Shown here piece after piece: positions 29,046 through 42,973 of a stretch of DNA of 64,000 nt (positions are counted from its first letter, which is position 1; each line of letters starts with the position of its first letter). The stretch is from the NCBI GenBank assembly GCA_951406725.2, contig OX597832.1, positions 48,360,001 to 48,424,000 on the forward strand, read 5' to 3'. The stretch is from Octopus vulgaris. Lineage: Eukaryota. Both the position numbers and the translations under genes were made by a program. Below the pieces are notes generated by a model. It saw nothing but the letters and a program-made list of their open reading frames with translations, did not search any database and was not told where the DNA came from.

Positions 29046-29799
29046 TATGTATATATTACATACATACATATATCACACACACTCACACACACGTATACAA
29101 ATCATGAAAAGTCAGGTGGTATCAGAGGTGAATATATTTATTTAACCGTTTGTTATCCTTAGAATTGCGGTCGTTTCGCAGTCTTTGTCATGTAATATTA
29201 ATTCCAGTGTTAATAGATTATTTCACATATTTGCACAAATATGCATGCTACACATTGTACAATATAATTATATATTTACAAATTAACGCAGATAAAGAAG
29301 GCTAACTCATCAGATCATCGCAACATCATGGTTACACCAATGCTTCAACTTTAAGTATACATACAAAATTTTCCCTTTATTTATACAACGTATAGAAGAC
29401 CGACACTTGATAAAATTAGCTTGGCGTGATCATTAAAAATAAATATAGATGATACATATATGTAGCGGCATATCAATTAAGGTGCTGTATTTAAGTTTAG
29501 GGAATTGACAATCTTTGATATTAACAAAAGACAGAAAAGGGACTTGAGAAGAAGTAAAGTAGCTAAATCAAATAAAAAGAAAATTAAAAATCGTCTAAAA
29601 GTATATAATAAAATATAGTGTAGATGGATTATGAATAAAATATAATATAAATGTAAAATTTTTCACGAAAAGGTTGACAATCGTTTGAAAGCAATGGACT
29701 TGTTTCGGTACTATTCGACCGCCTCAGTGATGTGAGTCTTCTTAGTTGGCAAGAATAGCCATCTATGCTTGCATAAAAAAATATTATTATTATTATTAT

Positions 29800-30200
29800 T
29801 GAGCGAGAGAGCAGTGGATGCCATCAAAGTGACACTGGGGTAAAATATACGAAGCCCAGTATACCCATCATGACTATCCGTCTGATAAGGGTACACCAGG
29901 CACATGCATCACAACCAAATGTGCGCGACATGGTGATCAGATATCAAGATAAACAGCGCATGACCTCGCACGTGGAACCCAGTTAGAATTTTCTTCAGGT
30001 CGAGTAGCAAGTCCCAATCAAAAGGTCCCTGAATAAGGGTTGTTTAAGGATGTTGAACGGAACACTCATGTTTCCAAAGGGGAAGTATCCCAAAACTCCC
30101 AAAATTCTTCTCAACACATGGCTATAATTCTCCCCCACTACTACTGCTCGTGATCAGAGATGCACGTATCGTCAGCCACTAAGGGACAGGCTCAACTGTC
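29800..30200 (+). mobile_element. Interspersed repeat family D (SINE-like)
   Basis: GAGAGAGCAGTGGATGCCATCAAAGTGACACTGGGGTA also at 23300-23375; body matches the reverse complement of 61730-61935. Confidence 0.7.
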
Positions 30201-30659
30201 AAGAACCCTCCTAAGTATCCTAGATGTCCCTAATAACACTGTTTCTGCAGCTGTACTAAATGTACTAATGTCAGTTCGCTCTTGAGCGTTACAGGTAACA
30301 TGTAACCCAGTACAACCTGTCGCATGGTCGGGTCGTCGGCGACTAAACTGGTAACCCCACCAAGCTTGCTTACTTGGTGAAGAGGGTGATTGCTGGACAA
30401 CTTGCGGGATGAAAAATAAGACCCATCAAAGGGCGGAAAAACTACTGTGTAGTCAACGGCCAATTCAACAAGTATGTTGCCGCGGTGAAGTGCCTGTGTG
30501 CTCCATTGACCCGAAGAGCTATGCAAGAGAGAGAGAGAAATCTTCAGGCAGGTCTTACCATGCCAGACAGTTCGAAGGGTAGGAGGCAGACAAAACCTTT
30601 ACGACAATAAATCGAAGCGCCGGTTGCAGTATATAGGATTATTATTAGCATTGGTTATA

Positions 30660-31410
30660 AGACGTCGAGCTGGCAGAATCGTTAGCATGGCGAGCATAAC
30701 GCTTAGCGATATTTCGTCTGCTGCTACGATCTGAGTTCAAATTCCGCCGACGTCGACTTTGCCTTTTATCCTTTCGGGGTCGATTAAATAAGTACCAGTT
30801 AAGCACTGGGGTCGATATAGTCGACTTAATCCGTTTGTCTGTCCTCTCTGTGTTTAGCCCCTTGTGTGTAGTAAAGAAATAGGTATTTCGTCTGCTGCTA
30901 CGTTCTGAGTTCAAATTCCGTCGACGTCGACTTTGCCTTTTATCCTTTCGGGGTCGATTAAATAAGTACCAATTAAGCACTGGGGTCGATATAATCGACT
31001 TAATCCGTTTGTCTGTCCTTGTTTGTCCTCTCTGTGTTTATCCCCTTGTGGGTAGTTAAGAAATAGGTATTTCGTCTGCTGCTACGTTCTGAGTTCAAAT
31101 TCCGCTGAGGTTGACTTTGCCTTTCATCCTTTCGGGGGTCGATTAAATAAGTACCAATTAAGCACTGGGGTCGATATAATCGACTTAATCCGTTTGTCTG
31201 TCCTTGTTTGTCCTCTCTGTGTTTATCCCCTTGTGGGTAGTTAAGAAATAGGTATTTCGTCTGCTGCTACGTTCTGAGTTCAAATTCCGCCAACGTCGAC
31301 TTTGCCTTTTATCCTTTCGGGGCTGATGAAATAAGCACCAGTTATGCGCTGGGGTCGAGATAATCTACTAGCTCGCTTCTCTCCAAATTTTCAAGGCCTT
31401 GTCCCTTGAG
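30660..31410 (+). mobile_element. SINE family B tetramer (one head, four bodies)
   Basis: Three internal AAGAAATA|GGTATTTCGTCTG junctions. Confidence 0.9.
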
Positions 31411-31429
31411 TAAAAATAATTATTAGTAA

Positions 31430-32064
31430 CAGCAGCAGAATATGTTTTTGTAGTTGTTGTTGCTACCACTGATATTCTTGTTCCTGTTACAGTCGCTGAC
31501 GCTGTGAGTGTTGCAGCTATCGTTGTTGTTGCGCCTATTACGCTCGTTGCTATGGTAGCTGCTGTTGCCATGGCAGATGCTGTAGTAGTAGCAGTAGTAG
31601 TAGTAGTAGTAGTTGTAGTAGAAGTAGTAGTAGTTGGTGGTGTTGTTTTTGTTGTTGTAGTAATAATTCTTGTTATTTTCATTGTTGCTACTGCTGCTGC
31701 TGCTGCTGTTTTTGTTATTGTTGCTGTTGTTGTTGTTGTTGCTGTTGTTGTTGTTGTTGCTGTTGTTGTTGTTGTTGTTATTCCTGTTAGTTATTGTAAT
31801 TCTGTCTTTTTTGGCCTTGTAATTTCTATTGCCCTTCCTTAGATGGCGCTGCTGCTGCTCCTGCTGTTGCTTATGTCGTTGCTGCTATTATTGCTGTTGT
31901 TACAGTTGCTGCAGTTGTTGTTGTTGTTGTTGTTGTTGTTGTTGCTATTGATGTTGTTCTTGTTGTTGTTGTTTTAATGCTTACTTATTCACCGTGACTT
32001 TTTCACTCAATTAATTTATCCAAGAACTGTATTTGTTCTCTTCCTTTACTATCACTCGTTGTTT

Positions 32065-32096
<32 letters not shown>

Positions 32097-32257
32097 CAGC
32101 AACGTCTGCACCACCACCACCACCACCACCACCACCACCACCACCACCACCACCACCATCACCGCCACCACCACCATAAGCAGTAGCAGCAACATCACCA
32201 CTACCATCACCACCACCAGCAACAACAACAGTAGCTGCAGTAGCGGTAGCCATATTT

Positions 32258-32289
<32 letters not shown>

Positions 32290-32477
32290 GGTGGTGGTGG
32301 TGGTGGTGGTAGTGGTAGTAGCTGTTGCTACTGCTGCGTTATTTAATGATATTATTAGTTATTATAGAAATTTCTATTCAACAGCTCGGCCCTAACCAGT
32401 CACACTGGCTTGGATTTATAAATAATTAATTTTCTATATCTAAAAGAAGAGAATAATAATAATAATAAAACTAAAAC

Positions 32478-32534
<57 letters not shown>

Positions 32535-32860
32535 TAGTAGTAGTAGTAGTAGTAATAATAATAATAATATTAATAACATTATTATTATTATCATCATTTT
32601 TATTATTATTATTGTTGTTGTTGTTGTTAACAATGATGATGATGATGAAGGTAATGATGAGGGCGATATTAATAATATTAATAATAAAGTAACGTCAATT
32701 ATAGTAATCATAATAGTAATAATAATAATTCTTTATTTCTTTATTAGTGTTAATAATAATAATGACGATAATAATGATAACAACAACAAAAGCGACAACA
32801 ACAACAACAACAACAATAATAATAATAATAATAACCATAATAATGATGATAATAACAGGA
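31430..32860. repeat. Trinucleotide low-complexity region (GTT/GTA/GCT/CAC/AAT)
   Basis: Direct inspection. Confidence 0.9.
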
Positions 32861-32939
32861 ATCAAAGGATATGGAAAGTTTTTAAAAAGTTTATAACTCT
32901 TGATATATATATGTATATATATATATATATATATATAGT

Positions 32940-33052
32940 AGCGCAGGAGTGGCTGTGTGGCATGTTGGGCAAGTGTCTTCTACTATAGCCTCGGGCCGAC
33001 CAAAGCCTTGTGAGAGGATTTGGTAGACGGAAACCGAAAGAAGCCTGTCGTA

Positions 33053-33116
<64 letters not shown>

Positions 33117-33170
33117 TGATTGATTGATTCTAGTTTCAGCTCATGAGCTGTGGCTATGCTGGGGCACCGC

Positions 33171-33201
<31 letters not shown>

Positions 33202-33425
33202 AGTGTGTGTGTATATGTTTGTCCCCACGCCCAACATCGTTTGACAACCGATGCTGGTGTGTTTGCGCCCCCGTAACTTAGCGGTTCGGCAAAAGAGACC
33301 GATAGAATAAGTACTAGGCTTCCAAAGAATAAGTCCTGAGGTCGATTTGCTCGATTAAAGGCGATGCTCCAGCATGGCCGCAGTCAAATGACTGAAACAA
33401 GTAAAAGAGTAAAAGAGTAAAAGAA
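32940..33425 (+). mobile_element. SINE family A with an inverted SINE 3' fragment in its internal (TA)n
   Basis: Head and tail of family A; 33112-33175 is an oppositely oriented 3' end with a (TGAT)n tail. Confidence 0.8.
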
Positions 33426-34053
33426 TATATGCATATATAATTTGTTTTTATCTATTTTTTTTTTTTTGAAATTTTCATTCACTTCTCCCTTCATCTTTCC
33501 CTCTACCATAACAAATGTCACCGCCAGCGTCGCCGCCAGCGTCGCCGCCAGCGTCGCCGCCAGCGTCGCCGCCGTCGCCGCCGTCGCCGCTACCATCACC
33601 GACACAACCACCACTACCACCACTACCACCGCCCGACCACCATAAATCTTCATGAATCGTTGAAACTTTTCTTATGAAGTATAAAAAATTGCGAAGACAA
33701 GTGTTGCTAACAGCTAAAACGCTGAGATAAATCAATGGGGGGACAACAAGAAAAACAACAACAACAACAACAACAATAGCCAAAACGACCACAAAATAGC
33801 AACAATTGTAAAAGTAATCTATGTTATTTGGCATGAGTTATACATAAAGTGAAGAGAGAAAATGTACACACACATATATATATATATGTATATATATAAA
33901 TGTGTCCCTTATGAATAAATATATATATATGTATATATATATGTATGTATATATATATATATACACACATATATATATACATATATGTATATATATATAT
34001 ATATATACATACATATATATATATATACATATATGTATATATATATATACATA

Positions 34054-34098
<45 letters not shown>

Positions 34099-34539
34099 TA
34101 TACATATATATATACATATATATATACATATATGCAACCCTCCATGGGATAACATATATCCAATATACTGCTTACTTATATGTATATTTTCTTTTTTTAT
34201 ATATATTCTACTTATTATACAACATCACTCTTTTATGTACACTTTTTTATGTACATTCCTTTATGTACACTGATTTGTTATGCTTTTTTATGTTTAACCC
34301 TACAGTCTCTTATGTGGTGGTTTAATAAAGTATGTGATTGAGTATTATCTGGTAATTGATATTTGATTTAGATGTATTCCTCCATTTTCTTATCTTGTAT
34401 ATACATATATATATTTATTCATAAGGGACACATTTATATGTATGCATGTATACACGTTTACGTATATATATATATATTATATACAGTATGATATATATAT
34501 ATCGTTCATAAATGAGAATCAAATATTTTCCGTATAGGA

Positions 34540-35150
34540 TACACTAAGTAATGCTCGAGAGATTTAGACTTGAGTGGGTATAGAAGTAAATGTAGGGATA
34601 AGCATGTTAGACAGGTCAATATATAAAGTATATAAAATACATGAAATACAAAACAATGTATGTACATTTACATACGAAAAGGTCCGATTTACACAGACGA
34701 GAAATGATATCGAAATTTAAAGGGGCTGAAGAAAAGTATCACAAATCCAACAGCTGTTTCTAGGGGTTCGGTGGTCCAAACTTATGAATGTAGATTGATT
34801 TCATCGTCAGATGGACGAGTCTCCGTCTTCAGGGAATAGATCTTACATTTGAGGCGTTTAAAGAAGCAATACCCCCTCCCCCAGAAACAGCTGTTGGATT
34901 TGTAATACTTTCCTTCAATCCTTTTAATTATTGATATCCTTTCTATGCCAATTAGAGAACGTATTAATTTAAATTTAAGGTAAAACCATAGCGGATCTAT
35001 TTCTAGCATAAGGGTGTCCACATAGTGGTGTCCCTCTAATTATGTATATAATACAATTTTACTGAACCATCAGTTTTTTTTATATGCTAGACCATTGGTG
35101 TGAAATCGATGTTGATTAAATTAATCTCTAATTTCTCACCCTCATTTTAA
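34540..35150. mobile_element. Penelope-like remnant with diverged inverted arms carrying HHR 3' halves
   Basis: Arms 34701-34767 and 34878-34943 each contain GAAAC AGCT GTT ggat (palindromic stem III); flanked by TA-rich tracts. Confidence 0.5.
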
Positions 35151-35153
35151 TTT

Positions 35154-35251
<98 letters not shown>

Positions 35252-35257
35252 TATATA

Positions 35258-35668
35258 GGCGCAGGAGTGGCTGTGTGGTAAGTAGCTTGCTAACCAACCA
35301 CATGGTTCCGGGTTCAGTCCCACTGCGTGGCATCTTGGACAAGTGTTTTCTGCTATAGCCCCGGGCCGACCAATGTCTTGTGAGTGGATTTGGTAGACCG
35401 AAACTGAAAGAAGCCTGTCGTATATATGTATATATATATATAAGTGTGTGTGTATATGTTTGTGTGTCTGTGTTTGTCCCCCTAGCATTGCTTGACAACC
35501 GATGCTGGTGTGTTTACATCCCCGTCACTTAGCGGTTCGGCAAAAGAGACCGACAGAATAAGTACTGGGCTTCCAAAGAATAAGTCCCGGGGTCGATTTG
35601 CTCCTCGACTAAAGGCGGTGCTCCAGCATGGCCGCAGTCAAATGACTGAAACAAGTAAAAGATAAAAG
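35258..35668 (+). mobile_element. Full-length SINE family A
   Basis: Complete head-to-tail match. Confidence 0.9.
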
Positions 35669-36578
35669 ATACACGTGTGTGTCTATATATACACAGAGAT
35701 ACATGTGCACATGCATCATACATGCGTTCAATACATTTTTCAGCTGTCTCCTTAAAACGAGCAAAACTTCATTATCGTTAACAACGTCATCACTCTCATC
35801 ATCGTTATTATGTTCATCGTAGTCGCCATGACAGCTAACTTCAAACATGAATATTTTGAAACAATGTTCCACTCGAGTTGTCGTATAAAATAAACCATAT
35901 TCTGTTTCTTGCTTCTCAATCCTTTCTGTTTCCAACGTGTTTATTGTGTAAAAAGAAAAAATGAAATCAAACAGACAATATACGAATATATACCGATAAC
36001 GAAAGAATATATATTTAACTAACAGCTTTTAATACTATGCTTCAATGACTTTTATTTATAGTCATTGTTCTTCTTCTTATTATTATCTTTTGTTAAAGAA
36101 GAATACATACATACATACAAGCATATATGTAAGTATGTATATATGTGTGTCTGTCTGTTCGTGTGAGTACATGAATAAATTCAACGGAAGCTACTCATTA
36201 TAATCACGAGCAAAATCGTCATACGTTATTATTATTATCAAAACTAACCCGTGGCAATCTCTATTCCATATTTGCTTAATGTTATCAACCGGTTTGTTTT
36301 CAATGAAAAGGTTTCGTCTCAAACTCATGATAACAAATAGTTACTTGAAAGCTTCCAGAGCCCCCCATTCAACGTCCCTAACAGTGCTAGCGGCTTACCA
36401 TGGTTATAGACTTCATTGGCCTTTATTTACTATACAAAGTCTGTCAAAAGTTCATTAAGGGAAACGGTAAATTATACCGAGAGGAGGGTTTCTTAACAGT
36501 CGCTGATATAACTTCCTAATTCACTGAAAATATTAGTTAGAGTTTTCACGATTTCTGAACGCTCTAACTGATATTTTC

Positions 36579-36661
<83 letters not shown>

Positions 36662-36734
36662 CATACATATATATATGCATACACACTATAGATATATATA
36701 TACATGCATGTATGCATATATATACGTATATACT

Positions 36735-36778
<44 letters not shown>

Positions 36779-37928
36779 CATATATATATATGTATATATA
36801 TATACACATACATGTATATTTACATAAATGACCTATACATCCTCAACTCATTTTCTTATATTATTAATTTTAGCTTCAGACACACACATACACACACATA
36901 CACATATATATATGTATGTAGGTATATATGTTTATGTATATATGTATGTATTTTTACATTAGCTAATAAGGATACCATTGTTAATTATTTCTTTTGTGTC
37001 ACTTTACTCATTTGAAATGGCTTCTATCATTCTCATCATTAATGAAAAGAAAACCTTTATATTTGCAATATGTCCACCGAACCTGAATACATTCTTTCGA
37101 AATATATTACTTGGATTATCTATAATTTCATCTCAAGAAGAAATATTTTACAAATATTGTATGCATTATTATACGGAATTCACAGATAAGTTATCTTATA
37201 TTTTCACTAACCACAATAATCAAATCAACGAAAGAGAAAACCAAGCGTCTGTTGTTACAATTTCCCAAATGACTTGTAAGCAGCAATGTTATTGGCAAAA
37301 ATATTCTTTTCTGTATTAAGATGGGATTCCCCCATCAACATAATTACTACCAAATATTCAAGCAAAGCACAGTAAAATTACCTTATACCCTAACTCTAAT
37401 CTTAGCCCAAATAAAAATTTTTAATAGGATAAAGCTAAGCAGAAATACCAATCAGAAAAGTACTTGGTGTAACTTTAATAATCTAAATAAATGCCCCTCG
37501 ACTCGAACTACATAGCGAAGAATATAATATATGAATGTAAATTTACAACCCCTGATAACACGAGAGACTTCACCGGCCTTACTGCAAGCTGTTTTAAGAT
37601 GTGATAAACTCTTACACATGCTCTTTCAAATGCTCTGATAAGAAGATGAACTTCCAACACTTTCCAGCCTCAGATGGAAAATTCTAAAATGATCACAAAC
37701 AGATAATGACAATAAACCCCCTTATGATTTGTGTACGCTGGTGGCCCTTTCAAATTCATTTTGCAAAAACGTCATTACTGAGCTGAGACGAGGTGCAAAT
37801 AATTTCCTATAACCATAAGATGCATAAAACATATTCTTACTACATATTTATATTCAGTGAGTTTCTAATATATATGGCCGCCTATGTATCGTACTTAAAG
37901 CTCACACACTCACAATAGGTCAGTTGCT

Positions 37929-37982
<54 letters not shown>

Positions 37983-38559
37983 GGGTGGGGGAGAAACTGA
38001 AAGAGAGAGAGAGAGAGAGAGAGAGACAGAGGCAGAGAGTGGGGGAGAATTAGGATAATTTTTCAAACACCAAAAACCTTTCACAAATCATTTCTTCACA
38101 TAGCCATATGTTGTTGAATACAAATCCACTTAATGAAAATAATAACAATGATATTATTGAAGGTAACCATTCTTTCAACAATAATAGCAACAATATTAAT
38201 ATTTCTGATATAAATTCGAATCCTATTCGTTTCCTGAGCAATAATTCTAAGACTAGAAACTGTTTATCAAGGTAAAATCATTTTCAGTTCTGATGTCTTT
38301 TTTTTTATTATATAGGTAGCTCATCGTCTCAGTTGTCGAAAAGAATATCTCACCATTATTCTATTGGACATATCAGTAAACGCAACAATACTGGGCTTAA
38401 TAAATTAATTTGGTCTCTAAAGGAACATAATTAACAATTCAGTTTGGAATGGAAAATTCCATCTAGCTCCTTCCCATATGATAAAGGTAAATCTTTTTGT
38501 CCGCACCGCGTCTCCATTATATCATATACTTACATTTTCATATATTTATATATAATAAA

Positions 38560-38805
38560 TGCGCCCTTTTAAAGCCTAGCCAGGCTCATGGGCCCGGTTT
38601 TCCGGCTTCAATGGCGTATGTGTTCCCCAGCTGGACGGGACGCCAGTCCATCGCAGCGTTACTCCTTTTTATCAGCTGAGTGGACTGGAGCAACGTGAAA
38701 TGAAGTGTTTTGCTCAGGAACACAACGCATTGCCCGGTCCAGGAATCGAAACCACAATCTTACGATCATGATGCTGACACCCTAACCACTATACCACGCG
38801 CCTCC
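38560..38805 (-). mobile_element. tRNA-derived SINE family E
   Basis: Minus head GGAGGCGCGTGGTATAGTGGTTAGGGTGTCAGC…GGTTTCGATTCC; related heads at 25785-25910 (+), 47220-47350 (-) and 59985-60100 (-). Confidence 0.8.
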
Positions 38806-38845
38806 ACACACACACATTATATACATATATATTATACCACTCTCT

Positions 38846-38923
<78 letters not shown>

Positions 38924-38930
38924 CCTATCC

Positions 38931-39047
<117 letters not shown>

Positions 39048-39597
39048 ACTAGCTAGCTAGCTATAATGTTCAGATGAATTATAAACATAGCCACGCTCAA
39101 TATAGATTCTTTCGTGTACACACATGGAGCGAAATAAATATCGGAAACTGAAACCGTAACTTAAGCCTATCATATGCCATCATTCCGTTCTTTTATTAAA
39201 CCATATTAGTAAACGATCGCTCACCACTCTCTTTCTCTCTACATCTCTGTCTGTCTGTCTGTCTCTCTATTTACATAACGAATCCTGATGCACTAAATTT
39301 AGCGTGGCCACAAATGTACCGCACCGTTTCAAATGCGAATCACATGTTAACTTGCTCACATGCATATCAATACACTGTAATAGACCACATTTCTATTTGC
39401 ATTATTTGTAAACATTCACTTGTACCTTCTTGCACGCAACCAATGATAGGAAATATTTAGAAGGTAATTGATATCGTATATATTATACATACATTTTTAA
39501 TAAATATTAATATTATAAGTATTAGATGCGTGCACACATATATGTTTATTAAATGTATATGTTATATGTATGTATGCACACGCACATATTTGTACAA

Positions 39598-39648
<51 letters not shown>

Positions 39649-39789
39649 TGATATATGATATATATATATTTATAAATAGATAAATAGATAGATAGATAGA
39701 TAGATAGATACATACATACATACATACATATATATATATTACTGAAGCTTGTTGACAAGGTTGAAGACCAGACAAATTTTCAATTTGAT

Positions 39790-41312
39790 ATGTTATTCAA
39801 TGGGCAGAGATTCATACTATGCACGCCAACGAAAAAAAAAATGAACAACCTAATCCACTTCGGGAAAGAAGTGGATTAGGTTGAATTCCAACAACCATAC
39901 ACTCATCCGTCGGGCGAAACCCTCGTGGAATCCAGCACTGCTAGAGACATGGGTGTTACTGTTGACAAGAAAATAAGCCGGAGTGCTCACATAAACAGCA
40001 GAGTTGACATGGCTCGCAAGGCGTGTTCCTAGATGATAGGGACTCTCCGGTCTAGAGATGCCCCTACCTTTATTCTACTTGTCTGTACTTTCGCTCGACC
40101 TCACCTTAAATATTGTTCTCCGCTGTGGTCCTCCCAGAATATTATGAAAACTGAGGCTTCCTAGAGATCAAACCCTCCCCCCCCCGTCAAATATAGATGG
40201 CATGACAAGCCTTGACTATTGGGATCGACTCGAAAAGCTCAGGCTTTACTCCCTCCAACGCCACCGTGAGCGCTATATCATTTGTATGATAAGGCGGCGA
40301 GCTGGCAGAATCGTTAGCGCGCCGGGCGAAATGCTTAGCAGTATTTCGTCTGTCGTTACGTTCTGAGTTCAAATTCCGCCGAGGTCGACTTTGCCTATCA
40401 GCCTTTCGGGTCGATAAATGAAGTACCAGTTACGCACTGGGGTCGATGTAATCGACTTAATCCGTTTTATCTGTCCTTGTTTGTCCCCTCTATGTTTAGC
40501 CCCTTGTGGGTAGTAAAGAAATAGGTATTTCGTCTGTCGTTACGTTCTGAGTTCAAATTCCACCGAGGTCGACTTTGCCTTTCATCCTTTCGGGGTCGAT
40601 AAATGAATTACCAGTTTCGCACTGGGGTCGATGTAATCGATTAATCCGTCTGTCTGTCCTTGTTTGTCCCGTCCCCTATGTGTTTAGCCCCTTGTGGGTA
40701 GTAAAGAAATAGGTATTTCGTCTGCCGTTACTTTCTGAGTTCAAATTCCTCCAAGGTCGACTTTGCCTTTTATCCTTTCGGGGTCGATAAATGAAGTACC
40801 AGTTTCGCACTGGGGATCGATATAATCGACTTAATCCGTTTGTCTGTCCTTGTTTGACCTCTCTGTGTTTAGCCCCTTGTGGGTAGTAAAGAAATATATA
40901 TCATTTGCATGATGTGGAAAATATTCCATCCATAATACCCAAATGGTATAGCTATCGTCTTTAAAATACAACTGAGGCTTGTCCCCCGTGCCAACCGTTT
41001 ATTACAGAAATCATGTTCATGTCATACCACAACACTACGACAGAACTATTTCACCTCAACTGGCCCTACTCTCTTCAACATCGTACCAGCCCACATAAAG
41101 AAGAAAAGTGATTTCACGACATTCAAACGGGCCCCAGATGATTATCTCGAACAAATGCCAGAGAAATCACCCACACCCGGATATATCTCGGAAAACAATA
41201 ACTCTCTGCTTGAATGGGCTGTGGTGCCCAAGAGCTGACTGTATTTCCTCCAGGTGGTGCTATTAAATCAGACATGGCCTGGGCCACCTTCGGCCGAAAC
41301 TCATCTAAGTAG
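39790..41312 (+). mobile_element. CR1/L2-group LINE 3' fragment (RT C-terminal region), interrupted by a SINE trimer
   Basis: RDMGVTVDKKISRSAHINSRV…TFARPHLKYCSPLWS…LDYWDRLEKLRLYSLQRHRERYIICM, then the SINE, then MWKIFH; stops and frameshifts present. Confidence 0.8.
40291..40896 (+). mobile_element. SINE family B trimer with 17-bp TSD
   Basis: TSD TATATCATTTG(T/C)ATGAT at 40274-40290 and 40897-40913. Confidence 0.92.
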
Positions 41313-41447
41313 CAAAGTGTGTATGTATATGTACATATGTATATATGATTATATTGCTTATACATATACATACATATACATATGTATATATATATATATA
41401 TATAATAATAAATCTCTGAGCGAGGTATAAACAGTAACTGCTCTGTA

Positions 41448-41838
41448 ATATAAGCGGGACCAGCCATCTGAATGTGGCTAGGGACAGGGCGGGGTGATGG
41501 GGGTGTTACTGATGCATTTAGCCCCAGGCGACTATAGACGTCACCAGAAGAGCCGACACCATCACGGTGTCCTTGCTAGCCTGTAAAGGGAGATCAGCCT
41601 CCCCGAAGATACGGATGCTACACACGGACCGATGCGCTGACGAGAGGCGACCACCTCGAAACCGGTCCGTGTGTAGCATCCGTATCTTCGGTGAGGCTGA
41701 TCTCCCTTTGCAGGCTAGCAAGGACACCGTGATGGTGTCGGCTCTTCTGGTGACGTCTATAGTCGCCTGGGGCTAAATGCATCAGTAACACCCCATCACC
41801 CCGCCCTGTCCCTAGCCACATTCAGATGGCTGGTCCCG

Positions 41839-41845
<7 letters not shown>
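41448..41845. mobile_element. GC-rich fold-back element (arms 41448-41631 and 41663-41845), probably an inverted Penelope-like pLTR
   Basis: ~184-bp arms differing by two substitutions and one indel, 31-nt spacer, set between (TA)n tracts. Confidence 0.9.
41632..41672 (+). ncRNA. Minimal type I hammerhead ribozyme
   Basis: atgcg CTGACGA GAGG cgacca CCTC GAAAC CG GTC cgtgt: complete core, G-C closed stem II, palindromic stem III ACCGGT, predicted cleavage after C41667. Stem I contains two G-U pairs. Confidence 0.8.
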
Positions 41846-41882
<37 letters not shown>

Positions 41883-41921
41883 CAAACAAACATGCAGACA
41901 CACACACACACACACACACAC

Positions 41922-41969
<48 letters not shown>

Positions 41970-42856
41970 TGTGTGCGTGTATGTATGTATATATATATAT
42001 ATACAAACACACACATATGTGTGTGTATGTATGTATGAATGTATGTATGCATATATATATATATACATGCATACACAAGCACACACACACACACACATAT
42101 ATATATATAGAGAGAGAGCGAAAGCGAGATAGATATACATACACACACAAATGTATACTTGTTTTATACACACAAACACAGAAGCATACCCACACTATAT
42201 GTACAAACATATATGCATTCATACATACACGTACCCACACTCTAATAAACATACACTCACGCTCGCACTCTCACATTACAGTGTCATTACAGTGTCTTAT
42301 AAACAATAACCGGACGTTGACTTCTCACACTTCAACTCACATCATCCTTCCTACTTCATCTTTATATTCGAAAATGTCAGAAACGACAAGAAAGTCGTGT
42401 GTTTGACGGAGACAATCTATTACTTGTATTTTGAATTTGCAAACCGCTAGCAAACAACATAAACGAAATGGAAATAAAAAAAACAAAAAAACATAACAAG
42501 GTGGAATAAAAAAACAAAAAACAATGAGTATACTCTACTAAAAGAAAAAAATTAAAAAAAAAAAAAGAAATGTCAAACAGAAGAAAAATCAACGAAGATA
42601 AATTGTGAACAGTCAAAAACTGAGAAGCGTGAAGATTTTGACACTGGCATGTTAGTGTGACATCGTCGTAGAATGAGGTGAAGATGTTTTGGTTATTTTT
42701 TGTGTTCGGTATGCAATATGTATGTATAAACAACGAGGAACAATCACAGCACCATTCTGCCTTGCTTCATCATCGGGTATCATACACATGTACACACGCA
42801 CGTAGACACATAGGATCATACACACATACACACCTATATCTGCGCGTTGTGTGTAA

Positions 42857-42894
<38 letters not shown>

Positions 42895-42937
42895 ATATTT
42901 CGGAATGGTCATATTGCCAGTTTAGCCAATATATATG

Positions 42938-42973
<36 letters not shown>

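Noticed and set aside
30300-30600. Apparent 40-nt GT-AG intron and exon on the minus strand
   Set aside because: The intron is implausibly short, and the region looks more like a retroelement 5' UTR remnant on the plus strand.
41270-41312. GGCC-accttc-GGCC-GAAAC as a hammerhead
   Set aside because: No CUGANGA upstream; better explained as the LINE 3' stem-loop.
41518-41776. Two mirror-image 69-aa ORFs
   Set aside because: A by-product of the inverted repeat, starting at non-ATG codons, with no domain.
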